Positions 1 through 9,331 of a stretch of 64,000 bases of DNA are shown here, piece by piece. Numbering within the stretch: the stretch's first letter is position 1; each line of letters begins with the position of its first letter. Made by a program: the position numbers and the translations under genes. The notes beneath the pieces were generated by a model. That model had not been told where the DNA came from and ran no database searches. It worked only from the letters and a program-made list of their open reading frames with translations. The DNA is from Betaproteobacteria bacterium. GTDB lineage: Bacteria > Pseudomonadota > Gammaproteobacteria > Burkholderiales > CAIKXV01. The stretch is from positions 548 through 64,547 of the forward strand of contig CANGXU010000002.1 in the NCBI GenBank assembly GCA_947457885.1, read 5' to 3'.

Positions 1-1009
1 GCTGATCCGATCCGTGGGGTCGTTGGCCGAGGCGGGTCCTGGCGCTATCGGCTTTCTCGCCAATCCGCGTTATCGTGGCCAGCTCGCTTCGACCCGAGCC
101 AGCGCGGTGATCGTCGCAGATTCCGAGCGCGAGTCGACCGGACTGCCACGAATCGTCGCGTCTAATCCGTACGCGTACTACGCCAGGGTTGCCCAGCGGC
201 TGAATCCGCCTGCGCCGGTGCATCCTGGCATCGATCCGTCCGCGTCGGTCGATCGATCGGCGCAGGTCGATCCATCGGCGTTCATCGGTGCCGGCGCCTC
301 GATCGGTCCGGGCGCCGTGGTTGGGGCTGGCGTTTCGATAGGTCCAGGCTGCCGGGTGATGGCGAACGCCGTCATCGGCAGCGAGACGAGACTCGCCGCG
401 AACGTCACTCTCTGCGAAGGCTGCCGGCTCGGTACGCGCTGCGTAGTGCATCCCGGCGCCGTGATCGGTGCGGACGGTTTCGGGTTCGCGCCTGACCAGG
501 GCCGCTGGGTCAAGATCCCGCAGGTGGGTACCGTCGTGGTGGGCGACGATGTCGAGATCGGCGCCAACACCACCATCGATCGCGGTGCGCTCGACGACAC
601 CGTGATCGGCGAGGGCTGCAAGATAGACAATCTGGTGCAGGTCGGGCACAACGTGCACATCGGGCCTTTCAGCGTGATCGCCGGCTGCGTCGGCATCGCG
701 GGCAGCGCGCGCATCGGCAGCGGGTGCCGCATAGGCGGTGCCGCAGGCATACTCGGCCACCTGGAGATTGCCGACGGTGTCGAGGTGTCTCCGTTCACTC
801 TGGTCACCCGCTCGATCCACGAGCCGGGGAAGGTGACCGGATACATGCCGGTGCAGGCGCATGACCGCTGGCTGCAGAACGCAGCCCAGGTACGGCATCT
901 CGCGCGCATGGCCGACCGGATCAGGGAACTCGAAGGGCGGCTGTCCGCCCTCGAATCGAACATGGGGGACGACCGACCGGCTCGCCGGAAGGCTTCGGAG
1001 GGGGAGTGA
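1..1009 (+). CDS. lpxD: UDP-3-O-(3-hydroxyacyl)glucosamine N-acyltransferase LpxD, 5' end cut by the window edge
   Basis: ORF 14..1009 shows hexapeptide beta-helix repeats ([37 protein letters not shown]). It sits in the conserved lpxD-fabZ-lpxA-lpxB order. The frame is open to the window start. Confidence 0.85.
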   Translation, partial: LIRSVGSLAEAGPGAIGFLANPRYRGQLASTRASAVIVADSERESTGLPRIVASNPYAYYARVAQRLNPPAPVHPGIDPSASVDRSAQVDPSAFIGAGASIGPGAVVGAGVSIGPGCRVMANAVIGSETRLAANVTLCEGCRLGTRCVVHPGAVIGADGFGFAPDQGRWVKIPQVGTVVVGDDVEIGANTTIDRGALDDTVIGEGCKIDNLVQVGHNVHIGPFSVIAGCVGIAGSARIGSGCRIGGAAGILGHLEIADGVEVSPFTLVTRSIHEPGKVTGYMPVQAHDRWLQNAAQVRHLARMADRIRELEGRLSALESNMGDDRPARRKASEGE

Positions 1010-1022
1010 AGTGAGCGAATCG

Positions 1023-1460
1023 ATGGACATACACGAGATATTGCAGTATCTGCCGCACCGCTTTCCGTTCCTGCTGGTCGACCGGGTACTCGAATGCGAA
1101 CCGGGTGTACGCATCCGCGCCCTCAAGAACGTGTCGATCAACGAGCCGTTCTTCCCTGGTCATTTTCCGCACCATCCGGTGATGCCGGGCGTGCTGATCG
1201 TCGAGAGCCTCGCCCAGGCGGCGGCAATCCTGTCGTTCAAGACGGTCAAGGCGCGTCCGGACGACGGGTCGGTGTACTACCTTGCCGGCGTGGACGGTGC
1301 ACGCTTCAAGCGCCCGGTGCACGCGGGCGACCAGTTGCACCTGGAGGTCGAGCTTTCCAGGCACATGCGAGACGTCTACAAGTTCAAGGGCGTGGCGAAG
1401 GTGGACGGCAAGCTTGCCGCCGAGTGCGAAGTCACCTGCGTGCGGCGGGCGATCGCCTGA
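1023..1460 (+). CDS. fabZ: 3-hydroxyacyl-ACP dehydratase FabZ
   Basis: Translation [22 protein letters not shown]...[16 protein letters not shown] is the FabZ hot-dog signature. An alternative GTG start at 1011 has a GGAGG upstream. Confidence 0.9.
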   Translation: MDIHEILQYLPHRFPFLLVDRVLECEPGVRIRALKNVSINEPFFPGHFPHHPVMPGVLIVESLAQAAAILSFKTVKARPDDGSVYYLAGVDGARFKRPVHAGDQLHLEVELSRHMRDVYKFKGVAKVDGKLAAECEVTCVRRAIA

Positions 1461-1479
1461 TCGGGGCCGGGAGCAGGAC

Positions 1480-2259
1480 ATGAGCACACGTATCCATCCG
1501 ACGGCGATCGTCGAACCCGGGGCGGAACTGGCCGGTGACGTCGAGGTCGGCGCGTATACCCTGATCGGCCCGGGCGTGAAGATCGGGGCCGGATCCTCGA
1601 TCGGTCCGCACTGCGTGATCCGCGGGCTGACCGAGATCGGCGCCGGCAACAGGGTCTTCCAGTTCTGTTCGATCGGCGAGGTCCCGCAGGACAAGAAGTA
1701 CGCCGGTGAGCCGACGCGCCTGGTGATCGGCGACCGCAACACGATCCGGGAGTTCTGTACGTTCAACTGCGGCACGGTGCAGGATGGCGGCGTCACCCGC
1801 ATGGGCAGCGACAACTGGATCATGGCCTATGTGCACGTCGCCCATGACTGCATCGTCGGCGATCAGGTGATCATCGCCAACAGCACGCAGCTCGCCGGCC
1901 ACGTGTCGATCGGAGACCATGCCATCCTCGGCGGCTTCACCGGCGTGCACCAGTTCTGCAGCATCGGCGCACACTGCATCACGTCGGTGGGCAGCGTTGT
2001 GCTGCAGGATATCGCACCGTTCGTGATGGCCGCCGGCAATCCCGCGGCGCCGAAGGGCATCAACGGCGAGGGCTTGCGCCGCCGCGGCTACGACGCGGGC
2101 ACCGTGCAGGCGGTGAAGCGTGCATACCGCACGCTCTACCGGTCCGGACTGCCGCTGGAGGAGGCCGTGGCGGAACTCGAGCGCCAGGCCGCGGAAGTTC
2201 CCCTGATCGGCCTGCTGACCGCGTTCATCGCGAACCAGCGGCGCGGGCTCGCCCGTTGA
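1480..2259 (+). CDS. lpxA: acyl-ACP--UDP-N-acetylglucosamine O-acyltransferase LpxA
   Basis: MSTRIHPTAIVEPGAELAGDVEVGAYTLIGPGVKIG hexapeptide repeats and the typical LpxA C-terminus, in conserved operon position. Confidence 0.9.
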   Translation: MSTRIHPTAIVEPGAELAGDVEVGAYTLIGPGVKIGAGSSIGPHCVIRGLTEIGAGNRVFQFCSIGEVPQDKKYAGEPTRLVIGDRNTIREFCTFNCGTVQDGGVTRMGSDNWIMAYVHVAHDCIVGDQVIIANSTQLAGHVSIGDHAILGGFTGVHQFCSIGAHCITSVGSVVLQDIAPFVMAAGNPAAPKGINGEGLRRRGYDAGTVQAVKRAYRTLYRSGLPLEEAVAELERQAAEVPLIGLLTAFIANQRRGLAR

Positions 2260-3395
2260 CGACGATCGCACTGGTCGCAGGCGAGCCCTCGGGCGACCTG
2301 CTCGGGGCGGAACTGATGGCCGCGGTCAGCGTGCGCCGTCCTGATGTTCGCTTCTGCGGCATCGGCGGCCCGAGGATGCGCGCGGCCGGACTTGACTGCT
2401 GGCATCCGATGGAGACGCTCGCGGTACGCGGCTACGTCGAGGTGCTGCGCCGCTATCGCGAGATCCTCGCCGTACGGCGTCGGCTGGTGTCGCGGCTGTC
2501 GCGCGAGAAGCCGGACCTGTTCATCGGCATCGATGCGCCTGACTTCAACCTCGAGGTCGAGCGTCGACTGCGGTCGAGGGGCGTTCGTACGATCCACTAC
2601 GTCTGTCCTTCGATCTGGGCATGGCGTGGCGAGCGAGTGAAGCTGCTGAAGGCGGCAGCCGACCGTGTGCTCGCGCTGTTCCCTTTCGAGAAGCCGTTGC
2701 TGGAAGGGCATGGCGTCCGCGCCACCTACGTCGGACATCCGCTCGCAGACCTTCTGCCCTCGTTCCCCGATCGAGGTGCGACCCGCGATCGCCTGCGCCT
2801 GCCGGCGGTGACACCGGTGATCGCACTGCTGCCGGGTAGCCGGGAGGGCGAACTCGAGTACATGGCGGACCTGTTCGTCGAGACCGCGCGCCGGCTGCAT
2901 GCCCGGCTTCCGGACGCACAGTTCCTGGTACCTCTGGTCAGCCGGGAAACGCGCACCCGCTTCGAGCAGGCGCTCTACGACCAGGACGCGCAGGAATTGC
3001 CGTTGCAGATCCTGTTCGGCCACGCACACGCTGCCTTGACCGCGGCCGATGCCGCGCTGGTGGCCTCTGGCACTGCCACGCTCGAAGCGGCACTGTTGCG
3101 CTGCCCGATGGTGATCACGTACCGGATGGCTAACTGGTCGTGGCGGCTGATGCGCGGCAAGGGCTACCTGGCTTATGGCGGTCTGCCGAACATCCTGGCC
3201 GGGCGTTTCGTGGTGCCTGAACTGATCCAGGAGCATGCGACCGCGGAGAATCTCGCGCAGGCGCTGGCCAACCTGATCGGCGATCAGGCGGTGCGGCGCG
3301 ACCTGTCTGAACTGTTCGCGCGGATGCACAGCGACCTGCGCCTGGGTAGCGCGCAGCGCACCTCGAACGCAGTGCTCGAGGTGCTGGAAGGCTAG
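2256..3395 (+). CDS. lpxB: lipid-A-disaccharide synthase LpxB
   Basis: [19 protein letters not shown]...GIGGPRM N-terminus typical of LpxB. TTG start overlaps the lpxA stop by 4 nt. Confidence 0.9.
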   Translation: MTTIALVAGEPSGDLLGAELMAAVSVRRPDVRFCGIGGPRMRAAGLDCWHPMETLAVRGYVEVLRRYREILAVRRRLVSRLSREKPDLFIGIDAPDFNLEVERRLRSRGVRTIHYVCPSIWAWRGERVKLLKAAADRVLALFPFEKPLLEGHGVRATYVGHPLADLLPSFPDRGATRDRLRLPAVTPVIALLPGSREGELEYMADLFVETARRLHARLPDAQFLVPLVSRETRTRFEQALYDQDAQELPLQILFGHAHAALTAADAALVASGTATLEAALLRCPMVITYRMANWSWRLMRGKGYLAYGGLPNILAGRFVVPELIQEHATAENLAQALANLIGDQAVRRDLSELFARMHSDLRLGSAQRTSNAVLEVLEG

Positions 3396-3396
3396 C

Positions 3397-4050
3397 GTGC
3401 CACGCGACCGCGTGATGCCTGCGAGCGGACGCACGGCCCGGATGGATCCGCTCGGATGCCTGCCGTCCGGACTCTGCGGGGTCGACGAGGCCGGGCGGGG
3501 TCCGCTCGCCGGACCGGTGCATGCCGCCGCCGTCGTCCTCGACCCGGACCAGCCGATCGCCGGGCTTGCCGATTCAAAGGTGCTCTCGGCCGCGCGGCGG
3601 GAGGCCCTCGCGCTGCAGATCCGGGAGCGGGCGCTCTGCTGGTCGGTGGTTGCAGTCGAACCGGCGGAGATCGATGCAGTCAATATCCTGCGCGCCAGCC
3701 TGCAGGCCATGCGCCGGGCGGTGCTGGCGCTGCAGCCGCTGCCGCAGGTGGTCTGGGTCGATGGCAACCAGTTGCCCGATTTCGACGACCATCGGTTCTC
3801 CCTGCGCGCGGTGGTCGGCGGCGATGCCCGGGTGGCGGCGATCTCCGCCGCGTCCATCCTCGCCAAGACCGCCCGCGATGCGCGGATGCGCGAACTCGCG
3901 CTGGAGCATCCCGGCTACGGCTTCGAGCGCCACATGGGGTATCCGACGCGCGAACACTTCGCCGCGCTGGAACGTCTCGGGCCCTGTGCGGCGCACCGCC
4001 GCTCGTTCGCCCCGGTGGCCCGCGCATGTGAGCGGATCCGCGGCGCCTGA
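3397..4050 (+). CDS. rnhB: ribonuclease HII
   Basis: [14 protein letters not shown] and ADSK motifs of RNase HII. Start is ambiguous: GTG 3397 has a GGAAGG RBS, ATG 3442 is also possible. Confidence 0.85.
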   Translation: MPRDRVMPASGRTARMDPLGCLPSGLCGVDEAGRGPLAGPVHAAAVVLDPDQPIAGLADSKVLSAARREALALQIRERALCWSVVAVEPAEIDAVNILRASLQAMRRAVLALQPLPQVVWVDGNQLPDFDDHRFSLRAVVGGDARVAAISAASILAKTARDARMRELALEHPGYGFERHMGYPTREHFAALERLGPCAAHRRSFAPVARACERIRGA

Positions 4051-4090
4051 CCTGCAGCGGACGCCCCGTCCGGCCCCCGGCCGGGACTGC

Positions 4091-4117
4091 TCAAGTCGCC
4101 CGGAAAGCGTCCGTTAA
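4091..4117 (+). promoter_or_regulatory. candidate sigma-28 (FliA) promoter for motAB
   Basis: TCAAGTCG-N11-TCCGTTAA compared with the consensus TAAAGTTT-N11-GCCGATAA. Spacing is exact, and it lies about 66 nt upstream of the motA ATG. Confidence 0.4.
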
Positions 4118-4182
4118 CGGAGGGCTGCTTGCACCCACGGGCTGGGTGCACGGACGCGGTTATCGGACGAGGCGGAGCGCGC

Positions 4183-5043
4183 ATGCTGGTCATTGTCGGC
4201 TGGATCGGAGTTACGGTGATGGTGCTGGGCGGCTACATGCTGGCCGGAGGCAAGCTCGGCCCGCTCTGGCAGCCGGCGGAGCTGGTGATCATCGGCGGGG
4301 CCGCCTTCTTCGCGTTCCTGGTAGCGAATTCTTCGAAGGTGATCAAGGCTACGTTCGCCACGCTTCCGTCCTGCTTCAAGGGGTCGAAGTACACCAAGGG
4401 CATGTACCTGGAGCTGCTGTCGCTGCTCTACGACCTGCTGGCGAAGGTGCGCAAGGAAGGTCTGATGTCGATCGAATCGGACGTCGAGACGCCCGATCAG
4501 TCGCCGATCTTCACCAAGTACCCGATGATCCTGGAAGACCACCATGCAATGGACTTCCTGGTCGATTACCTGCGGCTGATGGTCGGTGGCAACCTGAACG
4601 CGTTCGAGATCGAGAACCTCATGGACAACGAGATCGAGACGCACCACCACGAAGGGGAAGCCCCGATCGGTGCCATCTCGCGGGTCGGCGATGGCCTTCC
4701 CGCATTCGGCATCGTCGCGGCGGTGATGGGCGTGGTGAAGACGATGGGCTCGGTCGGTGCGCCGCCCGCGGTGCTCGGCGCGAAGATCGGCGCCGCGCTG
4801 GTCGGCACCTTCCTCGGCATCCTGCTGGCATACGGATTCGTCGGCCCGCTCTCCAGCCTGCTCGAACAGAAGCTCTCGGAACAGACCAAGATGCTCCAGT
4901 GCATCAAGGTCACGCTGCTCGCCAGCCTGAACGGCTACCCGCCGCAGGTGGCGGTGGAGTTCGGGCGCAAGGTGCTGTACTCGACCGAGCGGCCGAGCTT
5001 CAGCGAACTCGAGGAAGAAGTGAAGCAGCGCAAGGGCAAGTGA
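4183..5043 (+). CDS. motA: flagellar motor stator protein MotA
   Basis: MLVIVGWIGVTVMVLGGYMLAGGKLGPLWQPAELVIIGGAAF N-terminus and GIVAAVMGVV / LVGTFLGILLAYGF plug-channel helices typical of MotA. Confidence 0.9.
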   Translation: MLVIVGWIGVTVMVLGGYMLAGGKLGPLWQPAELVIIGGAAFFAFLVANSSKVIKATFATLPSCFKGSKYTKGMYLELLSLLYDLLAKVRKEGLMSIESDVETPDQSPIFTKYPMILEDHHAMDFLVDYLRLMVGGNLNAFEIENLMDNEIETHHHEGEAPIGAISRVGDGLPAFGIVAAVMGVVKTMGSVGAPPAVLGAKIGAALVGTFLGILLAYGFVGPLSSLLEQKLSEQTKMLQCIKVTLLASLNGYPPQVAVEFGRKVLYSTERPSFSELEEEVKQRKGK

Positions 5044-5082
5044 CGCCCGACCGCCGCCGAACGACCGGATCCCGGGGACTCC

Positions 5083-6009
5083 ATGGCTGAAGAATCGCAG
5101 CGTCCGATCATCGTCAAGCGCATCAAGAAGGGCGGCCACGGCAAGCATGGCGGCGCCTGGAAGATCGCGTACGCCGACTTCGTGACCGCGATGATGGCTT
5201 TCTTCCTCCTTATGTGGCTGCTCGGTTCGGTCACCAAGGGCGATCTCAAGGGCATCTCCGACTACTTCAACACGCCGCTGAAGACCGCGCTGATGGGTGG
5301 TTCGTCGACCGGTGAAGCCCAGAGCGTGATCCCGGGCGGTGGCACCGACCTCAGCGCCAGCGCGGGCCAGGTGCACAAGGGCGAGAGTGAGCCGCGCCCG
5401 CGCGACGAGCGGGAACTCGAGGCCGAGCTGGAGGCCCGCGAGGCCGCCCGCCTCGCCGAACTGAAGGACAGGATCGAAAAGGCGATCGAAGCCAATCCGC
5501 TGCTCGCCCCGTTCCGCAAGCAGATCCTGGTCGACCTGACTCCGGAGGGCCTGCGCATCCAGATCGTGGACGAACAGAACCGGCCGATGTTCCCGACCGG
5601 CAGCAGCAACCTCGCCACCTACACCCGCGACCTGCTGCGCGAGATCGGTACCATCCTGAATGACGTACCGAACAGGGTCAGTCTGTCCGGTCATACAGAT
5701 GCAGCGAGTTTCGGCAGCGGCGACCGTGGATTCAGCAACTGGGAACTGTCGGCCGAGCGGGCGAACTCGGCGCGGCGCGAGATGATCGCCGGCGGCATGG
5801 CGGATGCCAAGGTGCTGCGTGTGGTCGGACTGGCCTCGGCGGTCGGTTTTCCCGGCGCAGCTCCGCTCGATGCGGTGAACCGCAGGATCAGCATCATCGT
5901 CCTCAACCGCAAGACGGAGAAGGCCATCACAGCCGAGTCGGCCGCATCGCCTGCGGCACCGATTCCCGCCAGCACCGGCGCTGCGTCAAGCATTTCAACG
6001 GCCCGATGA
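5083..6009 (+). CDS. motB: flagellar motor protein MotB (OmpA-like C-terminal domain)
   Basis: GGAWKIAYADFVTAMMAFFLLMWL TM segment with the conserved Asp, and a C-terminal OmpA-like region (SGHTD...NWELSAERANSARR..NRRISIIV). Confidence 0.9.
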   Translation: MAEESQRPIIVKRIKKGGHGKHGGAWKIAYADFVTAMMAFFLLMWLLGSVTKGDLKGISDYFNTPLKTALMGGSSTGEAQSVIPGGGTDLSASAGQVHKGESEPRPRDERELEAELEAREAARLAELKDRIEKAIEANPLLAPFRKQILVDLTPEGLRIQIVDEQNRPMFPTGSSNLATYTRDLLREIGTILNDVPNRVSLSGHTDAASFGSGDRGFSNWELSAERANSARREMIAGGMADAKVLRVVGLASAVGFPGAAPLDAVNRRISIIVLNRKTEKAITAESAASPAAPIPASTGAASSISTAR

Positions 6010-6833
6010 ACCTGCCTCCCGCACTTGCCGGGTTGCTGGTGCAGGCCGTCGCCACGGTCGGCACGCTGGTTCTGTACGGCCTTGCCGGAATCGCCGCGCT
6101 GGAAGCGCCCTGGATCTGCTGGGCCTTCGTGCAGGCTGCACTCGCCGTGCTGCTCGCGACGGCGATCGGGCAGGCGCCCTGGTGGATCGCGATACACAGC
6201 CTGTTCGTGCCGGCGGCTCTGCTGCTCGACCGATTCTCGGCGCCGACCTGGCTGTACCTGGCGGGTGCCGCGCTGCTTGCGCTGACCAACGGCAATGCGA
6301 TGCGGGAACGGGTACCGTTGTTCCTGACCAGCCGGGCCGCCCGCGAACGGCTTCTGGCATTGCTGCCCGAGGATCGTCCGATCCGCTTCGTCGACGTCGG
6401 CTGCGGGTTCGGCGGCGTAGTGTCCAGCGTCGGCCGGGAGCGCCCCACGCTGGAATGTCTCGGGCTGGAGACCGCATGGCTACCTTACCTGGTCAGCCGG
6501 CTCCGGTGCTGGCTGTCTCCCAACCAGGCGGCCGTGGCGCGGCGCGATCTCTGGACGCATGACCTGTCCGGTGCCGACGTCGTCTACGCCTATCTGTCAC
6601 CGGTGCCGATGGAGCGCCTCTGGTGCAAGGTGCTCTCGGAGATGCGCCCTGGCACGCTGCTCATCAGCAACAGTTTCCCGGTGCCGGGTGTGGAACCGCT
6701 CGCCAGTCATGGCGTGGAGGACGCCACCGGCTCCGTCCTGCATGTCTACCGGTTGGTCGGCGCGGGCGGCCCGCCCGCTCTTGACGAGGCGACCGCCGCG
6801 CCGATCGCCGTGGCGAGTGCGGCCTGCTCCTGA
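6006..6833 (+). CDS. membrane-anchored class I SAM-dependent methyltransferase
   Basis: About 100 hydrophobic N-terminal residues (several predicted TM helices) are followed by a VDVGCGFGG SAM-binding motif. The ATG overlaps the motB stop (ATGA). The 3' end overlaps the convergent gene by 88 nt, so the C-terminus is uncertain. Confidence 0.6.
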   Translation: MNLPPALAGLLVQAVATVGTLVLYGLAGIAALEAPWICWAFVQAALAVLLATAIGQAPWWIAIHSLFVPAALLLDRFSAPTWLYLAGAALLALTNGNAMRERVPLFLTSRAARERLLALLPEDRPIRFVDVGCGFGGVVSSVGRERPTLECLGLETAWLPYLVSRLRCWLSPNQAAVARRDLWTHDLSGADVVYAYLSPVPMERLWCKVLSEMRPGTLLISNSFPVPGVEPLASHGVEDATGSVLHVYRLVGAGGPPALDEATAAPIAVASAACS

Positions 6834-7774
6834 CCCGGATCCACGATCCAGGCCCGGGCACCGATCGCCGCACGCAGCCGTTCGACGAACGCCGGTTCCG
6901 CAGCCACGCGCGCGAGCAGCACTGCGAGTGCCGAAGCGTCTCCGACGGGGAAGGTCGCTGGCCAGTCGCTGCCGAGAAGGCCGAGGTTGCCGGGGATATG
7001 CGAGGCGATCACCGGTGTGCCGGCGGCGATGGCTTCGGACACGACATTGGCCCCGCCCTCCATCCGCGAACTGATGACCATTGCTCCTGCGCGTGCGATC
7101 AGTGCGCGGGCGCGCCCCGGCGTGACCTCTCCGAGCCATCGGTAACGCGTGTCGGCTGCCATTGCCAGGCGCGCCTCGTGTTCCAGCGAAGGGTCGAGCG
7201 CGCGCCCGACCTGGGTGACGCGCAGCGGCAGACCGCTGCCCCGGCTCGCCGGCAGCAGTGACAGTGCACGCGCGGCGAGCAGCGGGTCCTTCTCTTCGCG
7301 CAGGTGGCCGACGACGCACACCTCGAAACTGCGCTGCAGTGGCCGCGTCCGGCGCCGGGCGGGAGCGGACTGATGCACGACGAACGTCCGCGCATGCAGC
7401 GCCGGCGGCAGCTCTTCGATCGCGCAGCGCTGCAGGACAACCAGGCTGTCGGCAACGCGCAGCGACTGCTGCGCGTCGGGGTCGTCGATGATGTCGCGGT
7501 AGATGTCGGTCCCCGTCAGGGCCAGCACCAGCGGACGGCGTGGACAGGCCTCGCGGAAGCGCATGATCGACGGGTGGCTGCGTCTCGCATGCAGCGCCAG
7601 CATCAGGTCGGCGGGGGCACGTGCCTCCAACGGATCGTCGGTCGCCGGATGCCACTCGGTGCAGACACGCACGCGGTGACCGATCTGGCGCAGCAGGCGC
7701 GCCCAGCGCACGGCGGTGTTGCGATTTCCGGCGCGGGATGCGGGCGGGGCGGGGGTGACCAGGACGACCTGCAT
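6746..7774 (-). CDS. senB: GT-B glycosyltransferase resembling selenosugar synthase SenB (TIGR04348-type); tentative
   Basis: N-terminus VVLVTPAPPASRAGNRNTAVRWARLL...LMLALHARRSH...LALTGTDIYRD matches my recollection of the TIGR04348/SenB family. It is divergently paired with an EgtB-like gene. Confidence 0.55.
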   Translation of the reverse strand: MQVVLVTPAPPASRAGNRNTAVRWARLLRQIGHRVRVCTEWHPATDDPLEARAPADLMLALHARRSHPSIMRFREACPRRPLVLALTGTDIYRDIIDDPDAQQSLRVADSLVVLQRCAIEELPPALHARTFVVHQSAPARRRTRPLQRSFEVCVVGHLREEKDPLLAARALSLLPASRGSGLPLRVTQVGRALDPSLEHEARLAMAADTRYRWLGEVTPGRARALIARAGAMVISSRMEGGANVVSEAIAAGTPVIASHIPGNLGLLGSDWPATFPVGDASALAVLLARVAAEPAFVERLRAAIGARAWIVDPGQEQAALATAIGAAVASSRAGGPPAPTNR

Positions 7775-7861
7775 GGACGGACTCTCGAGCCAAGCGCGTA
7801 AACTCGCAAGTCTACGGGCGTTGAGCCGCCCGGGTACCTACGGACGCGGGGGGCGCAGCAG

Positions 7862-9331
7862 ATGCACAGCCAGCAGGGCGCGCAGGCATCTCGAGCCGCA
7901 GGAGGGGCTGCGTCTCCGGCTGCATCGACGCCGGTGATGCCGGGCCCGGCGGGGGACATCGCTGGCTGCCGGCACGAGCTGCAGATCGCCCGTGCACGCA
8001 CGCTGGCCTTGTTCGACGCATTGCCGGCCGACGGGCTGCTCGGACCGAAGCTCGCGATCGTCAACCCCCCGCTGTGGGAACTCGGGCATCTTGGCTGGTT
8101 CCAGGAGCGATGGCTGCTGCGGCCCCGGACGGACGGCACGCTCGCACCTTCGCTGTTGAAGGATGCAGACGCGCTGTACGACTCCGCCCTCGTCGCGCAC
8201 AGCTGTCGCTGGGAACTGCCGCTGCCGGGACCCGAGGCGACGCGCCGCTACCTGTCGCAAGTGCTCGAGCGGGCGCTGGAAAGGCTCGACGGCGCCGCGG
8301 GTCCGATATCGACGTCCGGTATCGGCGACCCCGATGGCCGCGGTCTCGCCTTCCATGCCACCGTGTGTGCGCAGCACGAGCAGATGCATGCCGAGGCCTT
8401 CGGCTACAGCCGGCAGACGCTCGGTTATCCGGCACTCCCGGGGGCTGGCCGCCGCGCGGCCAGCGGGTTGTCGGAGGCAGCGTATCCACGAGGCGCGCGC
8501 GTGGGCGACCGCAGTTCTGGGGCCAGCGACGCATGTTTGGCCGGTGGCCGGTTCCGGCTCGGTGCTGAACCGGACGCCGGCTTCGTGTACGACAACGAAA
8601 AGTGGGCGCATCAGGTCGCGGTGGCTCCGTTCGCAATGGCGCGGTACGCGACTGCCGCCACCGAGTTCGCGGCCTTCGTCGATGACGGGGGCTATCGGTG
8701 CCGGCAGTGGTGGAGCGATGCGGGCTGGGCGTGGCGCACGGCTGCCGCTGCGCAGGCACCCGTATACTGGCGCCCGATGCAGAGGCAGCAGGGGTGGGAG
8801 ATCCGTTGCAACGACGCCTGGCGGCCGCTCGCGCCAGGAGAGCCCATCCTGCATGTCAATGCCCACGAAGCCGAGGCCTGGTGCCGGTGGGCCGGCCGCC
8901 GCCTGCCGACCGAGGCCGAATGGGAATATGCAGCCTCGGTGGCCAGTGCAGAGACCGGGACGCGGCGGCGGCATCCGTGGGGTTCAGCGGTGCCCGAACC
9001 GGCCAGGGCCAATCTCTGGTTCCCGGATCTCGTCGCCGGACCGGTGGCCATCGATGCATTCCCGGCCGGCGACAGTGCGGATGGCTGCCGCCAGTTGACC
9101 GGTAACGTCTGGGAGTGGACGGCGAGTGCCTTCGACGCGTATCCCGGCTTCACGCCCGACCCGTACCGCGAGTACTCCCAGCCGTGGTTCGGCGGCCACC
9201 GGGTGCTGCGAGGCGGCAGCTTCGCGACGGCAGCCTCGCTGATCCGCAATACCTGGCGGAACTTCTTCACCCCGGAACGGCGCGACGTTTACGCCGGTTT
9301 CCGCACCTGCGCCCTGGATACGACGAAATGA
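7862..9331 (+). CDS. senA: EgtB-family sulfoxide/selenoxide synthase-like protein (DinB_2 N-domain plus FGE-sulfatase C-domain); candidate selenoneine synthase SenA
   Basis: NPPLWELGHLGWFQE and HEQMHAEAF (DinB-type His ligands), GNVWEWT and RGGSF (FGE-sulfatase fold). The neighbouring GT suggests SenA rather than EgtB. Alternative start at ATG 7937. Confidence 0.6.
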   Translation: MHSQQGAQASRAAGGAASPAASTPVMPGPAGDIAGCRHELQIARARTLALFDALPADGLLGPKLAIVNPPLWELGHLGWFQERWLLRPRTDGTLAPSLLKDADALYDSALVAHSCRWELPLPGPEATRRYLSQVLERALERLDGAAGPISTSGIGDPDGRGLAFHATVCAQHEQMHAEAFGYSRQTLGYPALPGAGRRAASGLSEAAYPRGARVGDRSSGASDACLAGGRFRLGAEPDAGFVYDNEKWAHQVAVAPFAMARYATAATEFAAFVDDGGYRCRQWWSDAGWAWRTAAAAQAPVYWRPMQRQQGWEIRCNDAWRPLAPGEPILHVNAHEAEAWCRWAGRRLPTEAEWEYAASVASAETGTRRRHPWGSAVPEPARANLWFPDLVAGPVAIDAFPAGDSADGCRQLTGNVWEWTASAFDAYPGFTPDPYREYSQPWFGGHRVLRGGSFATAASLIRNTWRNFFTPERRDVYAGFRTCALDTTK

